From positions 32,001 to 96,000 of the forward strand of contig JAVZHX010000003.1 in assembly GCA_038871515.1 (NCBI GenBank): a stretch of 64,000 nt of DNA, given 5' to 3'. Shown in pieces: positions 38,584-47,047 of the stretch (the first letter of the stretch is position 1; each line of letters opens with the position of its first letter). Source of the DNA: Candidatus Micrarchaeia archaeon (GTDB lineage: Archaea > Micrarchaeota > Micrarchaeia > Burarchaeales > Fermentimicrarchaeaceae). The notes under the pieces are model-generated. The model was given only the letters and a program-made list of their open reading frames with translations, searched no databases and was not told the origin of the DNA. Both the position numbers and the translations under genes were made by a program.

Positions 38584-39466
38584 GCTTCTCCTCCATAAAC
38601 TTTATTAGAGAGACAATTGTGTCGTTGACAGGGGTGGGTATGCCGTGCTTTCTTCCCAGTTCAGAAACTTTGCCGTTGAGAAATTCAATTTCTGTTTTCC
38701 TTCCTTTCACCAAATCCTGATACATGGATGAGTAGTTCTGAAGAGTTGAAAGCTCTTCATCTATTGATTTTCTCAAAGTTCTGTCAAACTCAACCCCCTC
38801 TGCTTTTGCAACGCGAATGCATTCATCCACAATTGCATCGCGAAGGTTTTCCAGAGAGGGAGCAACAACCTCATAGTCTCTTGCCTCAAGAATTGCTGAG
38901 AGTGGGTTGACGATGCAGTTCGCAACAAGCTTCCTCCAGGCATCCTTCTTCAGGTTATCAACAACCCTTGTTTCCAAACCACTTTCATTAAATAATTTTG
39001 CAATTCTCCTTCCAAGTTCTGTGTTTCCAAGTGTTACCCATCCTTTCATTATTGTTACTTCTCCTGGTTTTAGAAACTCTGCTCCAAAGTGAAGCACTCC
39101 TCTTTCAACGATGCATCTGTCCCCAACAACCGATTTAACAATCTCCTCGTTTCCAATTCCATTCTGAAGGATGAGGATTGTTGTGTCCTTTCTTAGAAGC
39201 TTAACAACTGGTTCAAGCGCTTTTTTTGAGTCATGAACTTTTGTTGTTAAGATGATTAATGAATTTGGGGGTAGCTCCCTTATCGCAGTGTCTGCCTTTA
39301 TGCGCAGCACTCCCTCCATCTCCCCTTTCACAACAAGCCCTTTTGCGTTTATCGCATCCGCATGCTCCTTTCTTGCAATCAGAGTTACATCGTTCTTTCC
39401 GCAAAGCCTTGCTCCGCAGGAGCTGCCAATAGCTCCTGCTCCTAAAATAAATATTCTGCTGAACAT
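38561..39466 (-). CDS. panE: 2-dehydropantoate 2-reductase
   Basis: GAGAIG, LQNGIG, WRKL..N...N, SSMYQD...GRKTEIEFLNG. Confidence 0.93.
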   Translation of the reverse strand: MFSRIFILGAGAIGSSCGARLCGKNDVTLIARKEHADAINAKGLVVKGEMEGVLRIKADTAIRELPPNSLIILTTKVHDSKKALEPVVKLLRKDTTILILQNGIGNEEIVKSVVGDRCIVERGVLHFGAEFLKPGEVTIMKGWVTLGNTELGRRIAKLFNESGLETRVVDNLKKDAWRKLVANCIVNPLSAILEARDYEVVAPSLENLRDAIVDECIRVAKAEGVEFDRTLRKSIDEELSTLQNYSSMYQDLVKGRKTEIEFLNGKVSELGRKHGIPTPVNDTIVSLIKFMEEKHAGRNER

Positions 39467-39470
39467 TCAA

Positions 39471-39773
39471 TCACCTCGCTTTCAGCCAGGCTGAGATGAA
39501 CTGCTCAACCCGCTTGATGTCTTCTCCTTTTGCTGTGAGGGAGTAAAAAACCCTTATTGGTTTTTTCTCAGCATCAACCCTTCTCCTCACAAGCCCCTGA
39601 GTCTCAAGGTGTTTCAACTTTGCTGAGAGGGTTTTTGGGTTGGCGTTGATGAGCTTTCTCAGCTCGTTGAAGCTCATCTCCTTCTTTTGAATGAGCTTTT
39701 CAACAATTATGCAGCCCCATCTGCTTCCAACAGCTTTGCAGAATTTCTCCATTGGGCATGATTCAGGTTCCAT
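39471..39773 (-). CDS. HxlR-family winged-helix regulator
   Basis: CP, W, SFNEL, NPKTLSAKLKHLE..GLVRR, VFYSLTAKG. Confidence 0.9.
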   Translation of the reverse strand: MEPESCPMEKFCKAVGSRWGCIIVEKLIQKKEMSFNELRKLINANPKTLSAKLKHLETQGLVRRRVDAEKKPIRVFYSLTAKGEDIKRVEQFISAWLKAR

Positions 39774-39804
39774 GTATAGAGTTGGTAAGGTTGTTTATAT
39801 TAAT

Positions 39805-40425
39805 TTATTCAACAAGCCTGTATTTGACAACTTCCTGACATTCCTTCCTAAGCCCACTTACCTCTGTGCAGGTTTTTCTTTTCACAACTGAGGTTGCGTA
39901 GCAGTAGCAGCCTGCAAACTTCTCATCCCAGTTCAGTTTGAGCTGTTGGCTGAAGCGGATTGTTTTTGAGGAGCCAGCTCCAATGTAAACGGATTCATTT
40001 ATCCCAATCTGCCTATTCTTGAACCACTTTCCTTTGGGGAGATACCGGTTGGGCGTGATTTCAAACCCAGTGTAAATTATAAAGTTACTTCCAATTGTGT
40101 CAGTGTTTTTTATTGTGCACTCAGAGTTTGTCCAGCTCTGGTTCCAGCCAGATAGGTAGCATTCTCCCTCCTCTGTGTGAAGTAGATTTTCGTAGGTGCA
40201 CTCCTCTGTTGTGTAGGGGACAATTATGCAGTATGGTTCTGTATACTGCTCTACTCTTCCGGGAGGTGGTTCAAGCAAGTATTCAGCCTGTGTTTCTTCT
40301 GGGGTTTCAACAACAGGTTGTTCTTGAAAGACGGTTTCTGTGGTTGTTGGGTGATAAATGTAGAAGGTGAAAGCTGAGGCTAGAAAGGAAAGCAAAAGGA
40401 ATGCTAAAACAACCCTTAGCTTCAA
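39805..40425 (-). CDS. Membrane-anchored or secreted Cys-containing hypothetical protein
   Basis: N-terminal hydrophobic helix; several paired Cys. Confidence 0.65.
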   Translation of the reverse strand: MKLRVVLAFLLLSFLASAFTFYIYHPTTTETVFQEQPVVETPEETQAEYLLEPPPGRVEQYTEPYCIIVPYTTEECTYENLLHTEEGECYLSGWNQSWTNSECTIKNTDTIGSNFIIYTGFEITPNRYLPKGKWFKNRQIGINESVYIGAGSSKTIRFSQQLKLNWDEKFAGCYCYATSVVKRKTCTEVSGLRKECQEVVKYRLVE

Positions 40426-40495
40426 TAACCCACCTCTTAAATATTGCTCATGGAGAGTATATTAATCTAACCTTCCAATAGGTATAGGGGGTAGA

Positions 40496-41362
40496 ATGGA
40501 GGAGGAAGTAAAAAACAGAATACTTTTCAACCAGAGGAATGAGATAACTGAGCATTTAATATACAAGAAGCTGGCTGAGCTGACAAAAGAGGGGAATAAC
40601 AGAAGGCTTTTGGAGAGAATTTCCAAGGATGAACTTAGGCATTATGGAGTTTGGAAGAGGTATACTGGAAAGGAAGTTGAGCCGGACGGGTTGAAGGTGT
40701 GGTGGTATGTTCTTGTTTCAAGGGTGTTTGGTATAACGTTTGGTTTGAAGTTGATGGAGAAAGGGGAGGTGAATGCAGAGGTTGAGTATAAGGAGATAGG
40801 GAGGTTTGTGAGGGAGGCAAAAAGAATTGCAAAGGAGGAGGATGAGCACGAGAGGAAGTTATTGGGGATGATTGATGAGGAGAGGTTGAGGTATGTTGGC
40901 TCTGTTGTGCTTGGTTTGAACGATGCGCTTGTTGAGTTAACTGCCTCCCTTGCTGGCTTAACCCTTGCTTTGCAGAGGACGGATTTGGTTGGGATGGCTG
41001 GTTTGATAACTGGTATTGCAGCTTCATTTTCAATGGGCGCTTCTGAGTATCATTCAACGAAAACAGAGGAGGGGGAGAGGGAGCCGGTTAAAGCAGCTGT
41101 TTACACAACAATTGCTTATCTTCTAACAGTTCTTTTTCTCATTCTTCCTTATTTTGTGTTTAAGGAAATTTACACTGCGCTTGCTTTTACTGTTCTGAAT
41201 GCGATAATTGTTATCTTTCTATTCACTTTCTATGTTTCTGTTGCAAAGGATGTGCCTTTTAAAAGAAGGTTTGTTGAGATGGCGTTGATAAGCTTGGGTG
41301 TTTCTGCTGTTACGTTTGGAATAGGTTTTTTGGTGAGAGTTGTTTTAAACATAGAGGTGTGA
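40496..41362 (+). CDS. VIT1/CCC1 family iron exporter with N-terminal ferritin-like domain
   Basis: E..E..Y, DELRH and EEDEH; then VLGLNDALVE, SMGASEY. Confidence 0.9.
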   Translation: MEEEVKNRILFNQRNEITEHLIYKKLAELTKEGNNRRLLERISKDELRHYGVWKRYTGKEVEPDGLKVWWYVLVSRVFGITFGLKLMEKGEVNAEVEYKEIGRFVREAKRIAKEEDEHERKLLGMIDEERLRYVGSVVLGLNDALVELTASLAGLTLALQRTDLVGMAGLITGIAASFSMGASEYHSTKTEEGEREPVKAAVYTTIAYLLTVLFLILPYFVFKEIYTALAFTVLNAIIVIFLFTFYVSVAKDVPFKRRFVEMALISLGVSAVTFGIGFLVRVVLNIEV

Positions 41363-41371
41363 GGTGAGAAA

Positions 41372-41650
41372 ATGATGTCAAAAATACCCATGGATATGGG
41401 AAAGATGAAAGAGAAGGAGGTGGATGTGGAGATACTGAGAGTGGGAGTGATTGCGGAGCTGGATGCGATAAACCTGTATGAGCAGATGGCAGGGATGACA
41501 AAGAATGAGAAAATAAGGAAGGTGTTGCTGGAAATAGCTAGAGAGGAAAAAACGCATGTCGGGGAGTTTCAGGCATTGCTTCTTGAGTTAGACAAGGAGC
41601 AGGTGAAGGAGTTGGAGAAAGGGAAGAAGGAGGTTGAGGAGCTGGGGTGA
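41372..41650 (+). CDS. Small ferritin-like protein (encapsulin-associated Flp / rubrerythrin-like)
   Basis: IAELDAINLYEQ...EIAREEKTHVGEF. Confidence 0.88.
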   Translation: MMSKIPMDMGKMKEKEVDVEILRVGVIAELDAINLYEQMAGMTKNEKIRKVLLEIAREEKTHVGEFQALLLELDKEQVKELEKGKKEVEELG

Positions 41651-41778
41651 AAGGAGTGGCTGGGGAGGTGCTGTTTGGGCTGATTGCCCTCAAAAAAATG
41701 CTTGAGCCATTTAAATCAGATGGCGATCCTCCTTAGAAGAAAGAAATGTATTGCTACGAGAGAGTCGTTGAGCGAGAG

Positions 41779-42246
41779 TTATAAATCCTTCTCCATGGCT
41801 GCTTTCACAAATCTATCCTGTCCTGTCTGTTTGAGCCATTCCTCAACTGCAGCAACGTATCTGTAGCCGTGTTTTTTGAAAATCTTCCACGATTCCTCTG
41901 AGCTTGGGAGGGTGGTTATGTGCTTTATCCCCATTCTCCTCAATTCATCGTCCATAACCTCAAGCAGTTTTGTGCCTATTCCCATTCCTTGAAATTTAGG
42001 GGAGACTGCGAAGCCGATGCCCTGTGCGTAGCCTGATTCGGTGTCAACTGCCCTTTCTATCCCTCCAATCACCTGGTTGGTTTTCTTGTCAACTGCAACA
42101 AGGATGAGTTTTTTTCCTACTGAGTCTGAGGGGTTTTCAAACAGAACTTCCTTGTAGAGTTTGTATAGTGCTTTTCTGTCCGCTGGGGTGGCTTCCTTTA
42201 TGAGAAAATTGGCTGATTCGTAGAGAATTTTGTTTTCGGCAATCAT
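41779..42246 (-). CDS. GNAT family acetyltransferase
   Basis: AVSPKFQGMGIGTKLL, FKKHGY. Confidence 0.85.
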   Translation of the reverse strand: MIAENKILYESANFLIKEATPADRKALYKLYKEVLFENPSDSVGKKLILVAVDKKTNQVIGGIERAVDTESGYAQGIGFAVSPKFQGMGIGTKLLEVMDDELRRMGIKHITTLPSSEESWKIFKKHGYRYVAAVEEWLKQTGQDRFVKAAMEKDL

Positions 42247-42294
42247 AATTAGTTTGTGAATTTTGAAGTATTTAAAGTGAGAGAGCGGTGGTTG

Positions 42295-42310
42295 TGTAAC
42301 CATGGTCGCA
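42295..42310. repeat. Palindromic 16-bp site, copy A (2 mismatches)
   Basis: TGTAACCATGGTCGCA. Confidence 0.8.
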
Positions 42311-42369
42311 TTTCTAATTTAATTAACCAAACATATACTTTTTTATATGTTACGTTCATTAATATAAAC

Positions 42370-43011
42370 ATGGAAATACCACTCTCGAAGAGACTTAGGA
42401 AGAGGGCACACCAGGAGGTTGCCCTGCTGCAGGACGAGCTTGTGGAGATGATGTACGCCGCATTCCAGCAGGAGAGACCAGTGCTCCACGGCGGGACAGC
42501 AATCTGGAGATGCTACAAAGGAAACAGGTTCTCTGAGGATTTGGATTTCTATGCCAGAGAAAAGAAGAATTTCAGAGAGCTGTTCTTCAGGGAAGCCGCG
42601 GCAAGAGGGTTGGAGGTAACAAAATACAAGCAAACCTCAAACGTGATCTTCGCGAAGGTGTCAAACGGCTCCGCAGAGGTGAGGCTTGAGATAAACACCA
42701 CAAAGACAGTTAGCGGCATTGTTGCCGAATACGAAAAGGTGAATGGGTGGAGAATGGATGTCCTCACTCTTTCCCCAGAAGAGCTGATAAGGGAGAAGAT
42801 GTCTGCCTATGAAACAAGAAGGATGGCGAGGGATATTTACGATATTTATCATTTGAGCAGGTTTGTAGGAGAGGTGCGGGGGATGAGGGAGTTCCTGAGG
42901 AAAGCAAAACCACCTGTTGATGAGAAAAATTTGAGAGCGGTAGTTTACAGCGGAGTAGCGCCATCCTTCACCCAGATGGTTGAAGCGCTTTCAAGGAGGT
43001 TTTCAAAATGA
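42370..43011 (+). CDS. AbiEii/AbiGii-family nucleotidyltransferase toxin (pair 1)
   Basis: LHGGTAI, RFSEDLDF, EK, ARDIYD. Confidence 0.92.
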   Translation: MEIPLSKRLRKRAHQEVALLQDELVEMMYAAFQQERPVLHGGTAIWRCYKGNRFSEDLDFYAREKKNFRELFFREAAARGLEVTKYKQTSNVIFAKVSNGSAEVRLEINTTKTVSGIVAEYEKVNGWRMDVLTLSPEELIREKMSAYETRRMARDIYDIYHLSRFVGEVRGMREFLRKAKPPVDEKNLRAVVYSGVAPSFTQMVEALSRRFSK

Positions 43012-43586
43012 AGTATATGAAAAGCTTTATTGAGCATTTCTCATCTTTTCCTGTTTTCACCGCAGTTGATGCAAAGATTTTTCTGACTGCGCAGGGAGCA
43101 AGCAAGGGGTATGTGTATCTGGCTATAACGAACCTTCTGAAAAGCGGGAGGTTGAGAAAGCTGAAGAGAGGTGTTTACACATTCAAGGATGATCCGATGC
43201 TTGCTGAGTTCGCCTTCTCTCCCTCCTACCATGGGTTGCAGGATGCGCTCTCCCTTCATAACTTATGGGAGCAGGAAGCGAACACGATAATTATAACTCC
43301 CCGCAAGGTTAGGGTTGGTATGAGGCAGATGCTGGGTGGCAATGTTCTTGTGAGGAGGATAAGCAGAAAGATGTTTTTTGGGTTTGAGAGCATGAGATAT
43401 CATGATGTGTGGATAAATGTTTCGGATGTGGAGAAAACGTTGATAGATTTTGTTTATTTCAACGAGCCGCTTGATGAGCAAACTATTGGTGAGATTAAGG
43501 AGAGGGTGGATGAGGAAAAAATGGGGGAGTATTTGAGAAGGTGCCCAGAGAGAGTAAGAAAGGGTGTGGGGAGGATTCTTGGGTAA
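43008..43586 (+). CDS. AbiEi-like antitoxin / transcriptional regulator (pair 1)
   Basis: wHTH with LRKLKRGVY; SY....AL..HNL.EQ; SDVEKTLID. Confidence 0.88.
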   Translation: MKYMKSFIEHFSSFPVFTAVDAKIFLTAQGASKGYVYLAITNLLKSGRLRKLKRGVYTFKDDPMLAEFAFSPSYHGLQDALSLHNLWEQEANTIIITPRKVRVGMRQMLGGNVLVRRISRKMFFGFESMRYHDVWINVSDVEKTLIDFVYFNEPLDEQTIGEIKERVDEEKMGEYLRRCPERVRKGVGRILG

Positions 43587-43602
43587 TGTAACCATGGTTA
43601 CA
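43587..43602. repeat. Palindromic 16-bp site, copy B
   Basis: TGTAACCATGGTTACA starting at the base after the stop codon. Confidence 0.92.
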
Positions 43603-43684
43603 AGTAGCCCTCTAGTTCATTTAAACTTGATACAAAATTATCAAAAATGATAACTTTAAATACTTCATACAAGATAAATAAAAC

Positions 43685-44356
43685 ATGAAAGAGGAGTGGC
43701 TTGGAAGATACCCTGTGCTGAGATTCAACGATGCGGCAAGACATTTCAGGAGCAGGGAGTATGCAAGGGTTTTTCTGCACAGAATGGCAAAAGCCAACAA
43801 GGTAAGGAGAATTACAAAGGGAGTTTATGCTACAACTGACGACATCTTCGCCATTGCATCCAACATCTACTATCCATCCTACATCTCCTTTCTCTCCGCC
43901 TCCTATCTTTATGGGTTCACAGAGGCAATCCCCATAGCCGTGCATGTTGCCACTCCGGGAAGACATAAACCACTGGAGGTTATGGGTTACAGGATAGAGT
44001 TTGTGCAGATGAAGGAAGTTTGGGGATATGGAAAGGAAAGGCGCGGCAGTGCAGATGTGTTTATCGCAAACGTTGAGAAGCTGATGATAGATGCATTCCT
44101 TAAGCCGGAGCATATGGGTAATTTTCACGAGATAGAGAGAGTTTTTGCAAATTCTGGTGGGATAGATATTGAGAAACTGAGGGAATACCTGCTCAGGCTT
44201 GGCTCTGGAAGGGTTTATAGACAGGTTGGCTTCATGCTTGAGAAGCACAAGAAAATTGATATATGGGGCTGGATGGAGGTTGACAGAAATTACTACCACC
44301 TAAACCCCTTCCATCCAGGCAAGAAAATTAACACGAAGTGGAGGCTGAGAATATGA
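43685..44356 (+). CDS. AbiEi-like antitoxin (pair 2)
   Basis: RRITKGVY, PSYISFLSA..YG.TE.IP, EKLMID, C-terminal KWRL. Confidence 0.9.
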   Translation: MKEEWLGRYPVLRFNDAARHFRSREYARVFLHRMAKANKVRRITKGVYATTDDIFAIASNIYYPSYISFLSASYLYGFTEAIPIAVHVATPGRHKPLEVMGYRIEFVQMKEVWGYGKERRGSADVFIANVEKLMIDAFLKPEHMGNFHEIERVFANSGGIDIEKLREYLLRLGSGRVYRQVGFMLEKHKKIDIWGWMEVDRNYYHLNPFHPGKKINTKWRLRI

Positions 44357-45102
44357 ATTCCAAGGAGCTTGGGGAGTATGCGGTAAAAAGAGGGCTGAAC
44401 CTGGGGCAGGCGGAGAAGGATTACTACCAGAACATGCTGCTCTTCATCCTTTACCAGAGAGTGGGGAGGGAGCTGGTTTTCAAAGGTGGAACAGCGCTGG
44501 CGAAATGCTATGGGTTGAATAGATTTTCTGAGGATTTGGATTTCACTGCTCTGGAAACCAAGGATTACTTTGGGATGGTGGAGGAGGGGCTTGCATCTTT
44601 TGGGATGAGGTATTCCGCAAAGCGCCAGGAAGGTAAAGAAAGCGCTGCGATGATGGTGAAGGTTGAGGGGCCGCTTTACAAAGGAAGTGAGAAAACTCTC
44701 TGCAGCGTGACTGTTGAGGTGAGCTTCCGCGAGAAGGTTGTGATGGAGCCAAGGGTGGTTACAATTGGGTATCATATGGATATAATACCTGCATTTGATG
44801 TTTACGTTATGAGGGAGGAGGAGATAATGGCGGAGAAGACGCGCGCTCTCATGACAAGGGTTTCTGCAAGGGATCTTTACGATATTGGCTTTCTTGTTGC
44901 AAAGGGGGTGAATGTTGAAAAGGAGTTGATAAACGAAAAGCTCAGCGCAGTGAATTTGAAGTTTGATTATAAAGCATTTTCAAGAAAGTGCAGGGAAGCC
45001 AGAAGGGTGTGGAACTCTGAGCTCAAATCGCTTGTGAGAAACGTGCCTGATTTTGATGATTGCATTAAAAGAGTTTTGGAGTTTTATGGGAAGTTTATGT
45101 AA
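44353..45102 (+). CDS. AbiEii-family nucleotidyltransferase toxin (pair 2)
   Basis: EKDY, FKGGTAL, RFSEDLDF, AEK.RA, ARDLYD. Confidence 0.93.
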   Translation: MNSKELGEYAVKRGLNLGQAEKDYYQNMLLFILYQRVGRELVFKGGTALAKCYGLNRFSEDLDFTALETKDYFGMVEEGLASFGMRYSAKRQEGKESAAMMVKVEGPLYKGSEKTLCSVTVEVSFREKVVMEPRVVTIGYHMDIIPAFDVYVMREEEIMAEKTRALMTRVSARDLYDIGFLVAKGVNVEKELINEKLSAVNLKFDYKAFSRKCREARRVWNSELKSLVRNVPDFDDCIKRVLEFYGKFM

Positions 45103-45113
45103 CCATGGTTACA
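45098..45113. repeat. Palindromic 16-bp site, copy C
   Basis: TGTAACCATGGTTACA; supplies the TAA stop of the toxin gene. Confidence 0.92.
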
Positions 45114-45148
45114 AATGATTATTAAATCTCTTCTGAGGTATTTTTATT

Positions 45149-45757
45149 ATGGCTGACCTGTGGTTTGTTCTTAACCGCTGGGCTTTTCCTTATCTTTTTG
45201 CAGTCACCCTTTTCTTTTTAATACATAAAGAGAAGGAGATAAGGAAATACCTGAAAAGAAAGGGAACTGTTATTGAAAAGCTCTCCTTCTTCCTTGACGG
45301 CTTCAGAGCTGAGCTCTCCACCCTTGCGGTAATTGCAATTCCTCTTGCGCTCATCCTCCAGCACTTCCTCTCCTGGCTCTTCCAGAAGGAGCTTGTTTCA
45401 TTTGGAGAGCCCCTCTGGTTTTCCTCAATAACCAGCGGTTTTATCACCCCAATTGCAGAGGAGTTTGTTTTCCGTGGTTTTATACTCAGCTCTATTCTCT
45501 TTGATTTTAAAGTTATCACAAAATTCAGGAAACTTCCAAAAACCGCAGAGCTTCTCGTCTCCCTTGCTGCTCTGCTGGTTTCTTCCTTCCTTTTCAGCTT
45601 TCTTCACGAGAACGTTGCAAGGGAGCAGTTTATGATAAGATTCCTTTCAGGAGTGCTCTACGGAGCTCTTTACCTTATGAGCAACAGAAACCTTCTCCCG
45701 CCAATCATTGCGCATGCTGTTTGGAACTGGAGCTTGATGATAAGGGATGTGTTATGA
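45149..45757 (+). CDS. CPBP (CAAX/Abi) family intramembrane metalloprotease
   Basis: PIAEEFVFRG, F...H, H..WN. Confidence 0.9.
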   Translation: MADLWFVLNRWAFPYLFAVTLFFLIHKEKEIRKYLKRKGTVIEKLSFFLDGFRAELSTLAVIAIPLALILQHFLSWLFQKELVSFGEPLWFSSITSGFITPIAEEFVFRGFILSSILFDFKVITKFRKLPKTAELLVSLAALLVSSFLFSFLHENVAREQFMIRFLSGVLYGALYLMSNRNLLPPIIAHAVWNWSLMIRDVL

Positions 45758-45783
45758 GAGCAAACGTAAGTATGTCACATTCC

Positions 45784-46446
45784 TTACCTGAATTTATAGT
45801 GTTTACCAAATAGTTGTAGGCATAACGGACAAATATATAACCATTGGTGGACTACTTTTTCCTTGCCTTTATATGAGGGCATATCCTTAGTTTCGATATC
45901 TCTAACAAACTCGTAGGGTATCCCTCGTTCTAGTGCCCTGTTGAAGCTGTTACTATAATTGTCAAGTGAAATAAGCGAACCACACAGCATGCATTCTCCC
46001 ATATTCATTTTCACAAGAAGTTTGAGCATTTTTTCTTTATCAGGCTGGAAAAGGCGGGAACCTACAACTTCTGAACAGCCGTATTTCCGTTTTATCTGTA
46101 TCAGACCAACCCCCAATTGGGATGCTAGCTCTATCTGTGGTGTTGTGAATTCCTCTTTGCATGCAAGGTAAACTCTATGGGTACAGAGGGAATAGCCTAG
46201 TGTTTGACCAATCTTTTTCCCGAAGTGATATGTTTTGGGTTTGACCTCTACATTAGTGCACACTTGATTTTGGATAGGTCTATTTTTTAAAATAACTTCA
46301 CTTGGATCCTTACCCATACAAATTAATACTTTTTTTATTTTTAAGTAGATTAGGAAAATTTTACTAAGATCTGCAACTTTACACATATTAGATAAAAAGT
46401 CATCGGTTTCTACTCCGGATATTTCGGATTTTTGATTTCTTTTCAT
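45784..46446 (-). CDS. PD-(D/E)XK nuclease-like protein with C-terminal Zn site; 5' end uncertain or degenerate
   Basis: VEVK...IGQTLGY....RVYLA, LGVGLI; CMLC and CPLC. Confidence 0.55.
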   Translation of the reverse strand: MKRNQKSEISGVETDDFLSNMCKVADLSKIFLIYLKIKKVLICMGKDPSEVILKNRPIQNQVCTNVEVKPKTYHFGKKIGQTLGYSLCTHRVYLACKEEFTTPQIELASQLGVGLIQIKRKYGCSEVVGSRLFQPDKEKMLKLLVKMNMGECMLCGSLISLDNYSNSFNRALERGIPYEFVRDIETKDMPSYKGKEKVVHQWLYICPLCLQLFGKHYKFR

Positions 46447-47047
46447 ATTTCAATTTTAGGGAAGACTCAATTATATCAGTCATACAATCGTTTCTTAGTT
46501 TTTGTATCAAAAACCAGTAAGTAAATAATTGCTTTTCCTTTTCCTGATAATCTTTAAATTTTTTTGAGAGGATTTTCCAGAATCTTTCATTATGCTTTTT
46601 TTCAATTAAATGAAGCATCTCATGAAACGTTATGTATTCAATTAACTCTTTAGGAAGAAACCTCATAAGAGTATTAAACGTCAAATTTCTCTTAGAGCTA
46701 CAGCTCGCCCATTTTGTTTTCATTTTTCTGAAAAAAACTTTTTTTACATTAATTTTTAACTGAGTCTTCTCAGAATTAACTATACCAAGAATTAATTGTT
46801 TGAATTCCTTCTCTGTTCTGTTTGTTTCAAGCTCAATTTTTTCTGCAGACGCCAGAACATCATTTATCTCCCGAATCTTTTTGCGTATCCACTTGTCATG
46901 TTTTTCCAATATGACTGCTTCATCTTTGTATGCAACAGGCAGTATCAAGCAAAGGCTACCTGTTTTAAATTCCAACCTTGGATAGCGTATCTGACGGTAG
47001 TAAGTTTTGTATTCCACTCCACAATACTCATTAACTTGCGGTTCCAT
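46400..47047 (-). CDS. M48/YgjP-like (DUF45) metallopeptidase associated with type I R-M
   Basis: MKTKWASCS, YITFHEMLH...HNERFW. Confidence 0.9.
   Translation of the reverse strand: MEPQVNEYCGVEYKTYYRQIRYPRLEFKTGSLCLILPVAYKDEAVILEKHDKWIRKKIREINDVLASAEKIELETNRTEKEFKQLILGIVNSEKTQLKINVKKVFFRKMKTKWASCSSKRNLTFNTLMRFLPKELIEYITFHEMLHLIEKKHNERFWKILSKKFKDYQEKEKQLFTYWFLIQKLRNDCMTDIIESSLKLKYEKKSKIRNIRSRNR

Noticed and set aside
41684..41866. 60-aa plus-strand ORF
   Set aside because: It overlaps the GNAT gene in antisense and has no recognisable features.
42295..45113. CRISPR array or canonical integron attC sites
   Set aside because: Repeats are 1.3-1.5 kb apart rather than spacer-sized, and 16 bp cannot form the L/R-box attC hairpin; no cas or intI gene is present.
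45765..45779. CGTAAGTATGTCACA after the CPBP gene as a fourth palindromic cassette site
   Set aside because: The position fits, but it needs a gap and several mismatches and is not palindromic; too weak to call.
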